Shown one piece after another: positions 53,687 to 64,000 of a DNA stretch of 64,000 bases; position 1 is the first letter of the stretch; every line of letters begins with the position of its first letter. Position numbers and translations under genes: made by a program. The notes below the pieces were generated by a model. It worked only from the letters and a program-made list of their open reading frames with translations. It ran no database searches and was not told the DNA's origin. This DNA is from Bigelowiella natans CCMP2755 (Eukaryota; Protista; Cercozoa), in assembly GCA_000320545.1 (NCBI GenBank), contig ADNK01002368.1:13464-77463 (forward strand), read 5' to 3'.

Positions 53687-56600
53687 TCACCGTCGCGTCG
53701 GCGAGGCCAAAGGCTGGTTGGAAAGAATGGAGGGCGGTAGCGCAGGGGCTGAGTAATACATCGGGGGCGTGTGCCCAACGATATCATGATCGCCCATAAT
53801 GGACGCTCGCCCCAGCCTGCCATCGTTCAGCCCCCCCTCTAGCTTCGGACTGCTCCCGAAGTCCCTCTCCCCCTTCGTCTTGTCGAAGGTGAATACGGGG
53901 GGCTGCTTGCCGCTGCCTTCGCCGTTCTTCGCCGCCGAGTTCTTCATCGTACTGAGGTTGGGCGGCGTGAGCGGGATCATGCCGTCCATTGATACCGCCC
54001 CGCCGGACGTGGGCGTCAGGCCCGCCGTTGTCGTCTTTTTCCGGTGAGGGCTCGGCATCGGCTTGATGAACTTGCCCCCCCCCCTATTGTTCTTGGCTAC
54101 CGCGGCTGACGAGACACCGGTCGTCTTATTTGCAATGATGTGTACACCGTGGCCCGCCGTCGTCATGCCGACAGCAGCAGCAGCAGTTGTGGCCTTCCTA
54201 CTAATGATGTTATTGTTGTTGACAGATGATTGGGCTGCAGAAGACATTGCGCGTAAGCTCGCCGTTGTCGTGCTGTGGCCATAGCCCCCAGCCGCTGGTG
54301 CCATTCGGAGCATGTGGCTGCTGCCTGCCACGCCCTGCTGCGAGAGAGAGGGTGTTGTGACCCCGATCTCGCTCCTGGAATTTGAGGAGGAGGAGGAGGA
54401 GGAGGAAGAGCCCAGTGACTGCATCGTCGAAGCCGACGCTGCTGCACTACTGCTGCCCCCTCTCATGGTTAGCGATTGCTGCAGGGGAGGAACGGCCACT
54501 TTGAGGTTGGATCTCAGCCGTCCTTTCGCCGGCGAAGACTGCACCAGGTTGATCCGTTGTCGCGCAACAGCTGCCGCAGCTGCGACGGCGGCGGCGCTAG
54601 TGGAGGCCATTGGGCTTTCTCCGTCAGTGCGGAACATGGCCGAGGGGGTGAAGCCATTCAGCCCCCTCTGCTTCGAACGAGCAACGGAGTTCGGGGAAGG
54701 CTGATGCAGTCGCAAGGCGTCATTTGTTCCTCCTCCTCCTACTCCTCCATGTTTCCACACGTTCTTTCCAACTATGTGAAGACTACTCGACTGGGTGCTG
54801 CTGCTGCTGCTGCCTTGATGGGGGAGGGGCTTCCTTCCGAGCGCTGGGTTGACCGCGCCCCGCGAGGAGGAGGGTGTCCCCCAAGAGGGCGACAACGGGG
54901 CAGGAAAATTAAAGGCCGTCCGAGGGGATGGTCGTCGCGACGCCGGTGAGAACAGGCAGCTATTTGTTAGGTCGGTTGCTGCCTGGGGAGTCGTTCCGTG
55001 GGCAGCCAGGATTTGCTCTCCCATGGGTGTTCCTGCGGCAGTGTGCGGCGTATCCACCTTGTTGACCTGGAAGTCGAAGACGGACGTTTGTGTGACAGGC
55101 ATGTTGCCGATCCTGTCGGGCTTCACCCGTACGCCGAGATTCGCTATCGAGCGAGCAGCGATGGACTCGTCTGTGATGCCGAGCTCCATAGCCCCGTCAA
55201 TCTCAATCCTCTGATCAACAAAACAGTAACGTGTCTGTCACAATTTTATGCTAGAACTTGGAGCATTTTGGAAACGAGGGCATCAGCACACAACGTACGT
55301 TGGTCGAGGAGATGAGATCGTCGCCACTGTCGGCCTGCAGTAAGTTCCCGTAGCCTTGATGTCCGTTGCTCTTTTTGGTGCGTTTGCCAACACTGCCCTT
55401 GCGGTCACCACTCGGTCGCGAGGTTCTCCCGCGCTTCTGTCCCTTAGAAAATCTCTTCCTAGGACGCGGTTTCGAAGGGATAGGGACAATGCTGTCGACC
55501 ACACCAAAAGAGTAAAATTGAGGATATCGTCCCCCATACTATATACATCCCCGACTACATCCCCGACTACACGTACCTGGGGTTTCTCTTCACAATATCT
55601 AAGCAGTATTGGTACAAAGGCTCCTTTGCGCCGTCAGGTTGGTGGCCCTTCCTTCTCTTACCGCCCTACAGTAAAAAGGAAATAACTCAAAATTGAGGCG
55701 TCATCCTTGGCTTACTTCATCTTCGGATTAACCTTTCCATTTGATGTTTCGCTAGGTGCTTCAGGATCCTACAAAGTTCAGCCAGTACATCAGTACATCG
55801 CCATTTCAGACACCAAAAAAGAACATTTCTCGTTAGTATAGAACGATATCAAAAATCTCAAAAATATTTTCGTCATATATGCGGATGGTAACCTTGCCGT
55901 TCCGCATTTGCTGCCATTGACGCGAAACACGTCGCATGGTTGAGTTCCATCGATTCTGCGAAATTGAGGAAATAAAGCATTCCGAATTAAAGACCACTTG
56001 CAAGTACGAAGCCTTCGTGTCTCTACCTTAATTGCATTATCCGTCCGGCCGGGTAAGAGTTTAGCTATTTCTGACCATCGTGTCCCTACTCGTCTGTGTA
56101 GAAACACAATGTCGGTGAGTCAATAGATTTCTCCTTTTAACTGCCAAAACTTGGTTACTTATGGGCATTGATGAGAATTGTATCTTCTTCAGCTCCCCAG
56201 GCATCTTTCTTAATTTCGGGATTTAGATGGTTGTGCCATCTTTCACGACACTGACGACGTTAGTAAGATAAGTAAGTTATGAGCAACTCAGCAACATGTT
56301 AACTCATCGAGATCGAGCGACTAAGCTAGGGAACCTGTTTTCCTGTTCTGCCCGGTCCTATTGCCTGGCCAATAAGCGCCCATTTCTTCACTCCATACTT
56401 GTGCACCAGTTCAACCACCATCCTAGAATACCATACAGCAGCATAAATGGTCCTCATGAGTATTGCGCTATTTAGATGGGATCGAATATGTGATGATATA
56501 AGGATGTTTTAATCTTTGCTATGAATATGCATCAAAGAATATCAGTTTCCACTTCACACATTAACCGCACGAAGGAATCCATTGCTCCAATGCTTGCAAA

Positions 56601-56758
56601 GGCCCGCTACACACCCGCACGCCCCCATCTCCCCAAAAACCAATCGTTGAAAGCGATGGCATTACTAACCGATCCTCCTCATCAGTCCAAGGCCTACGGT
56701 CATCGTGTTCCTCCTTCTGTTTCGGGGGGGGTTGGGCGGCTTGAGCGGCCGGGATCAT
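53687..56758 (-). CDS. R2R3-MYB transcription factor with a long disordered C-terminus
   Basis: RRPWTDEEDR|MVVELVHKYGVKKWALIGQAIGPGRTGKQ|CRERWHNHLNPEIKKDAWGAEEDTILINAH|RVGTRWSEIAKLLPGRTDNAIK|NRWNSTMRR. Final exon is the 500-aa S/A/G/P-rich ORF 53687-55189. Confidence 0.9.
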
Positions 56759-58047
56759 CAGTGGATGCAAAGGGGGGCGTGGGAAGAAAGGAGATGACTA
56801 GTGTCTACAACTGAGACACACTACTTTCAGATACTTCTCCTTGCTCTACGACAAAAGAACTTAAAAATGAAGAACATCCTGCATTTCATAGAGCCTAGTC
56901 TATAGAAATGTATGTCGTCACCATCAGGATGTTGGTTGATTTATCCAAAAATTAGCCCTCTCTCGGCGATTTCTCACTTTTATCTAACAAGGGGAATATA
57001 CTGTCAAGTATGCACTCCATTTTGAATTATTCTATAAATTTCTCTTACCTTTTCCCATTAAATTGACTCTTAAATATACGATTTCAGCCTCAAGTATATG
57101 TCATCCATTTTACAGAGTATGTCTTATGTTTACTGGAAACTGATAAAAAATATACTACATTAAGGAAAATAGTGCTTTCAGTTTGGACGATGGCTAGGCT
57201 GGCTATTGGGCTGGTACGAAATTGAGCCTTAAAATCAGATGTATCAGATATTAATTTGGTGCAACATTGATAGAAAAAAGGTACATGATGGCAATTTTTT
57301 TCACATTTTATTTGCATTCTTTTTTCATTTAAGGAATTTTTGCAGTTGATATATAAAATCGAAAGACAAATTGTCTCCTTAATGAGTCTGATTATTTTCC
57401 AGTCTGTTGGAGGAGAACCTCCACAGATCTTCAGAACAAAGCAAGATACATATCATTACAAGTTCGGTCATTTCTGGATAAATTGTAACTTTCATTCACA
57501 AAGATTGCACATATGTTCTACATTTTACCAGAAGTGGTGTTTTCGTTGCAAAAATTGCCGACTTTTAAAAGTTTCCCTATTTGCGAGAAATTATTGGCAG
57601 ATGTTTTGAGGTCTCTCTTACATCATCTCCAAATATGGTAAATATACGAAAAATAAATCATGGAAACATATCTTATCATTCTTTTTTGTAAATGGATCAG
57701 TTGGCTAGCAGAACCCACTGCTTGTACAACAGATTTTTTAATCCAAAAGTGTTGATATATAGCCTAATTATTTCGTCTAAATCATGTCTAACCTGCTCCT
57801 GGATGTCATAAATTAAGCCTGTTTTCACCTGGAATTTTCAATTGCGATATGCTCCGAACTGTGATTGAATTTCTGCAAAATTTCCTTGCGTTTCTGTCCG
57901 TTTCTTATGGGTTCTGAATTTCTAAAAACCTGCGATTTGCATCCAAACCGTTGACGCCGATGCATGAGCAGGCTCCATTCCGGAGTTTGAAGCCCGAAAG
58001 AGAGCACTCACCTGCAAAATGCTCGCTGCGTTTCCCCAGAAACGGCT

Positions 58048-59608
58048 ATGTCTTCCTTCGTTTCAAATTTCCTTCAAATTCCCCAAAAAACAAAACAAAA
58101 TGATATCGCTGTAAGGAATCATAGGTCTTTACGAGTATTTACTCTTTAAAAGTGGAAATGATAGCACCAGATCCGGCATATCAATTTGCCATGAAGTACG
58201 TTGGTTTCAAAAGCCCGGACGGCACAGCACATGAACGATCAAGGGATACTAGAACACAGAAAGTCCTGTTGAGGAAGGGGAGAATGTGTTCTGTGATTTC
58301 GTTCTATAAATCCCAAAAACACGATTCAGGGATCTGAAAGCTAGATTTGAATGGACCCCTTTCACATAAATAGTTCTCTTCTCGCCCCGTTTAATACAAC
58401 AGTGCTTTCCACTTTTGCTAGCTCGCGCGTCAGCTATATTTTGCCATTAAAATTATGCTACTGCTACTGCTACTGCTGCTGCTGTGTTTCTACTGTTGAG
58501 TGTCGAATGCGAGAAATTTGTTTGGCAAGGCGAATGATCAGAAGAATCAGGAGGCGAACTTCTATCTAAGCCAAAAGCAGCGACTAGCAATTTATGTTGG
58601 TCTATTATCCGTCAAATAAATAGAGAGGGTGCACTTCACTGAATAGAAATCGGCCAAAATCGAAGGGGTCGGGTTTCGTTTGCAAAGCATGTCCGGCCCT
58701 ATGTTCTGTCCCCGGTCGTTCTGATGTGTTCATCAAAGGTTCTTTTTTTAACAATGATTAATGTTGATGCGATTCTAGCAAGTCTCACATGTCTGCGAAG
58801 AACATCTAAATTTCTCCGTAGATGAGCTCCGGCCGAGGGATAATAACTAAACCCCAAGGGAGGTGAATTTTTCACGATCCTGGAACATTGATCCCTTCCT
58901 CAATTGTTCTCAAACTTCCAAAATCTGAATGGACCTTGCCACATACGCACACCAACCTTCTCCTCTGTAGTATTCTATTACCAGGGAATGGTTTTCCGGA
59001 GCAAATCGACGTCGGGAAGGTTGTTTTCTCATAAGAGATCCGACACGGTTGGGGCACGGGGAGTCTTGCCAACTTGATGACGTGCTTAGACACTCTCGTT
59101 GCCATGGGCGCGAGAAAAGCACAGTATACAGTTATAATGGATGCGCAGCAACTGCACAATGGAGCCAGATGGCTATTTAATCACGTGTTGCAGGTAGCTG
59201 TCAGGAAGCATATCGCTCCGGTTTGATTTCGAAACAGGGATAGACAATGCATGCAAGTAAAAACGAATAAATAAAAGAAGTTGTAGTAGTCAACGCATTC
59301 ATGCACTTGTCAATAGCGGACTGGTAGCGAGTGTTTGTTTTGTATGTGGTACACACAAGATTCAACATGTTTGAACAAAAGTGTCATTTTCTTTGGATGA
59401 ACAAATATCAAAACGGCTGTGAATGCCAAGACTCTGACAAATATAATAACAGATGCGCGAGGCGCACAAGACGTCGCATCCAGCTGTCGATTTTCCGAAG
59501 GGCTCATGTCGGACATTTGGCTATCGCCAAGACTTTTTCACAACAGATTTTGAGCTAAGGAAGAATGAGAAGTGTGGATGTGCATGTGCTATAGATTGCC
59601 TGCATTGA
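58048..59608 (+). CDS. Possible small multi-exon gene of unknown function
   Basis: Several short AG...GT-bounded blocks in + orientation (about 58150, 58820, 59035, 59195, 59455). Sits divergent from MYB. No recognisable domain and no full splice path resolved. Confidence 0.3.
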
Positions 59609-60700
59609 CAATCGCGCAAAGACCAAACATGAGACAGCGTGTGATTATGCGTTTGTGTGCGCGCGCGCGCGCGCGATGCACTCATTGTAGCATTTGTGTG
59701 CTTACATCTTGTGCCGCCATGACTAGTACACTAGATGACTCTGTCTAGCTGTTGTGTGGCCGCAGTCATTCGCAGGATTTGTCAGCATGCGTGCTAGCGC
59801 GTACGCACACTCTAGCACTGCTAGACTGCTTAGCTTATGCGCGAGCGACGTCACAACGTGTCCATGCTGCCGCACCGCCGTGCTAGCGTGGCGTTGCCAA
59901 CGCGATTGCTTGTACTCACAGCAAGCCAGTAGCGTTCACTGCACATGTTGCCACACACATTGAAACATCATTAGCTCCTGCACATCCCAATGGCTAGCTA
60001 GCCGCCTAATTTGTGCATTGCACCGATAATAGACACAGCAATACACTATATATATAATATATATTGTGTATCATACCGACTTCATCATGACCATGTGCGT
60101 TGGCAGCATGCGACTCGTATACTCGTGGCAAGAGCGGCGATGATGCACGCAATCAGTTTCATCTAGTCACAGAGACTTCTAGACTTAACAAGCTAGCTAG
60201 CAAAGTCTCCATGCTAGCATGCGCGCACACAACGCTAGAACGCACAGAGCTAGAGAGACTTGAGTCTCCATGAGGCCATCAAAGCTGAACCACACCGCAC
60301 GCACAACCGCACGCAGTTGTTGTGCGTGGACATCTAGACATGCTAGCATGTGCATCATGGACTGAGCACTTCATCAGCACTCACGTGCTGTCTGGACGGA
60401 ACTTGTTGCGCATGTGCGACGCTTGCGGTTTGCTTTGTTGCTTGTGATGTTGAGATTCCGAGACATTGCCGCATGAAGATCATTATGCCTGACAAGCTAG
60501 CTGTGTGAAATGTGCGCATACACAGTAGCACAGAGCTAGCACATCATGTTCTTCACGCGGTACAAACTGGTGCTGGGTAAACAAAACATTGCATTGGCTA
60601 CTAGGCATCTAGCTAGCTAGGCATGCATGCGTGCATCGCAAATGTCATCGCTGAAATGTGCCCTCCTTTCGTGTACTCGCCCATCTAGCCATGAACATGA
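59600..60700. other. Convergent intergenic spacer with CTAG enrichment, TpA depletion and purine-pyrimidine alternation
   Basis: In 60122-60483, 9 of 10 TpA lie in CTAG. GCATGC, GCTAGC and (GC)n are abundant. Confidence 0.75.
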
Positions 60701-61060
60701 ACTTAGTTGTGATCGCTTACACCATCCACGAACAAAAACGATTTGCATCATTAGCAAATAAAAAAGATTTTAGATTAAGTGAAATTGCACTCTTATTTTC
60801 ATAACCAACAAGACAAACACATAAAACGTGGGGTGTGTCGCTTTTTCTTGTAATTTGTTGCTAGAATCTTGCAGATACACTCATTATATACCTAGATTAC
60901 GATATGTACAGATTGACTAACATGATACACCGATGAAAATACTGCCGGACCAGTACTAAATCATGTGGCTGTTTACATTTACTAACACAGAAACAATGAT
61001 GCTTTGGAACAGTTAATAGATACCATGTCTATGAATATTATATAAACGAACATTTCGCCT

Positions 61061-62286
61061 TCAATATGAGATCTGTTGCGACCCTAAACGTCTGTTTGAT
61101 GATTTAGACGATAAATTTCCTCGGTTCTTCTTGTCCCCCGCCGGAAGACAAACAGCTGTATGTTGCCTACAATTTTCGTTAGCAAAATTATGAGTTGCTG
61201 AAATTTGAGTTAGATTTGGCTGAATGTGAATATTACCGTAAGTTGCTTTTCCTACTGAACTGCTTATCGCAACGTGGGCATGCGTAAGGTTTGTTTCCCG
61301 TGTGAGTTTGGTAGTGCATCAACATGTTATTGCGGCGAGCAAATGCCTTTGGACATGCAGGGCATTTATGAGGCCGATACCCTGTATGGATAAATTCATG
61401 TGATATTAGGTTGCTCTTGTCACTGAAACGCTTGCCGCATGTCTGGCACTTGTGGGGTTTCTCCCCTGTGTGGGTCCGACGATGAGTTATCAGATTACTT
61501 TTTTGGGTGAAACGCTTCTCACACTGATCACATGCGAAAGGCCTTTCACCAGTGTGGATCCTTAAATGTGTGCCGAGGCTACTCTTGTGTGCAAATGATC
61601 GATCACAAATGCTGCAAGGGTATCTATACGACATTGGTTTCTTCTTTGAGTAATTTTTCCCAGATAATGACATTGCTGCCGCTTGGAGTGCAGTTTTGAC
61701 GAAGAACTGGTCTGAAAAGAGTGGCTTGTCGCTGACAATTAATGGCGTAGCCACTGCAAGCTGGGGTAAAGATTCCGAACTGTTCGAGAACGCTGCGAAA
61801 ATACAACCTCAGATGCTGTCAGAATGTAACAGATGTTGTCAGGAAATGCAAGTACCAGCTGGCAGAGAAACAGGTGGCGGCAAGGGAGCTGGCGATCTTG
61901 AGGACTCGAACATGAAGATGATGAAGCTGACAATGAAGTTGATGGTGCTTCTGATGAGAGTCCACCATATTTCAGATCTGAAGCTGATGTATATCCAACT
62001 TCGGCCTTTGAACTGAAATTCTGTAAATATGGAGGAACAGCAAAAATACTTTTAAGCACGAACACCCGATCCCATAAATTGCTGAATCTAGGGAAATCAT
62101 CTTTGAAACTAATTTTTTTTTACGTGATTTTGAGGCATAAGATCTCTGCCATTTGGAATATTATATTCTCTGCCATTTGGAATACTGTATTCTCTGCCAT
62201 TTGGAACACTGTATTCAAGCACATTGCGTTTCGTATTTTCAGTGGCTGCATAAGGGAGCTGCGCTTCTTCTCTGGACCGTTTAGTT
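61061..62286 (-). CDS. Tandem C2H2 zinc-finger protein (four C2H2 plus a terminal C2HC finger); further 5' exons likely toward 63-63.8 kb
   Basis: Fingers are joined by TGERP/TGEKP/TGYRP/TGNKP linkers. The last finger is completed across an intron (SNLR|QHTAVC). Stop TGA at 61061-61063. Confidence 0.88.
62143..62214. repeat. 3 x 24-bp tandem repeat, probably coding ([24 protein letters not shown] on the minus strand)
   Basis: Unit tctctgccatttggaa(t/c)a(t/c)t(a/g)tat occurs three times inside an AG...GT-bounded exon. Confidence 0.85.
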
Positions 62287-64000
62287 CTAAGTAATAAGGA
62301 AATTTTACGAACTGAATCACTCCCGTTTATGATTCGTGTACCCTTGGATATTTGCTTTATATGAAGGTCCAAATAGCAAATACTCTAATCTCTCAATGCT
62401 GAGAATATTTTCGTTCAGGATATCCACTTCTGAATCCTGAAGAATAAATCCCCACATTAAGCTAGCCAAAATAAATGAACAATATTTTTCAACAGGCATC
62501 ATTCAAGATTATCCTTCGTATTAAAATCAATTCAATTTCTCAATGAGAATCTATGTAGACCTGCATTTTCTTCGAGAACGTAATCCTTTGATTTCCAATA
62601 TTTCCCTTCCCTAAAACAAGTCATAATACAAGCCATAAACATTTAATAAACTATTAACTTTATAAAAGTACCAATAAAGTGTATGATAAGATATCATCTG
62701 ACAATTATACACAATAGTAGCTCTAATGCCAATCGCAATCATTTCAGGTTCTTCAATCGCACTCACATATCTCGGTGCTGAATGTCGGGTTGTTCACCTG
62801 CTGTGGATTCAGGTTCTACAACCCTTACGTTTCTGAAGGAATCAATCCCTCAACGTCACGACTGGAGGCTCCAGCTAAGAAATACGGGACGTAAGTTAAT
62901 GGGTTCGGATGTTTTCGGAATGGATTGTGTGCATTGATTTTTGCTAAGTAAAGTCTGTAGGAGAGGAATGACGTTTTCGGTTATACATTTTTACCTGGAG
63001 ACCTTTTGCAGGATCATTTATGGACACGTGCGGTAGATAGGTGTGACGATTTGTTGCTCTTCTGTACGCTGCGAGCCGTTATTGTTGATTGATGGGGGGG
63101 AAGCAAGCTAAATGCTGTGAGGGGTCGTCAGATCTGTCCCTCAACCCAAACAAGTCGTATATTTCGGGCAAGTAATTCCCTTCATTTTTAGCAAAGATGA
63201 TAATTATTATTAGACGCAGATCAATATTATATGCCAATCAATACCGATTTTTTAGAAAATGAAAAAATTACGATCTGAATCCCGAAGAATTTCCCCGACG
63301 AGAAAAACTTCTGTCATGTTGAAGAGAACGGATCTTCGTTTTATTTATACGACAACAATTATACCTTGTCGCATTTGCATTTAGAGCATTATTCACATTC
63401 GTGTTATGGAACACAAGAACGATTTATGCCTTGGGCAAAAAAAGTTCAGCTACATCAAGTGACAACAGGTTGCGGGAATCTCATGCCAATGATAATATTT
63501 CGGGACAGGGCGCTTTCCCCATATTTCAACGATAGAAAGCCTAAAATGATGCGAAAACCCCAGAGTCAAATGCTTTTTCCTTCTCGGCGCCTACAGAACT
63601 AACTCTGAGAAAATATTTGTTCGGCTCCTCCAGCAGTCCCATGCATGTTGTGCAGAGAAGAACCAACAAATAATCCATAACGCAACCGAGCTCGGAAGAT
63701 AGCGCTCGTGGCAATCCAGGTAAGAATTCACCCGGAAAACATCTTGAAGCAGGATTCCGTCTCTGCCGAATTTGTGGCTCGCGCCGATCTGTCAAACGGA
63801 GAATCGGGTGCCGGTGGGAGGGGGGCGCGATGGGGGGGCAGAGGGGATGAGAGGGAGGTGGAAGGGTGGACGGGAGGGGAGTGAATATTTTAAGCCATCC
63901 TCTCAGTATTAAATTGAGCTTACCACGATTTTAGCTTCCTCTTCTTAAATTCTGGTTTACGATGGGGTAGGTTGGGTATGTTCCGGTCGTCGCCCGAAAG

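Noticed and set aside
53799-55685. Long plus-strand ORFs opposite MYB
   Set aside because: Antisense shadows of a GC-rich coding exon.
58500-58740. Faint resemblance to acyl-CoA-binding protein (LSQKQRLAIY)
   Set aside because: The downstream KQAT and KWxAW motifs were not found.
62143-62214. 24-bp repeats as a CRISPR-like array
   Set aside because: Tandem units with no spacers, lying in frame within a eukaryotic exon.

Overview
Eukaryotic nuclear DNA from a very intron-dense protist. The GT-AG introns are short and full of microsatellites; the style recalls chlorarachniophytes, but that is inference only. I spliced about ten genes by hand, and they alternate strictly in orientation: zf-C2HC protein (+), USP47-like deubiquitinase (-), CYP51 fused in frame to a C-terminal cytochrome b5 domain (+), a protein with a Trl1/PNK-like P-loop kinase (-), an acylation-motif protein (+), uridine kinase-UPRT (-), RAD5/HLTF-like helicase (+), R2R3-MYB (-), a weakly supported gene (+) and a tandem C2H2 zinc-finger protein (-). 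Two signals stand out. (1) A mutational footprint: in a decayed element at 1-736, and in the core of a convergent intergenic spacer, almost every TpA is gone except inside CTAG, while CpG is retained. This suggests a TpA-targeted A-to-G hypermutation system, RIP-like in effect but chemically different. (2) A CYP51-cytochrome b5 (CB5LP-type) natural fusion. Exon boundaries and gene starts are manual and approximate. At least two single-base deletions look like assembly errors.
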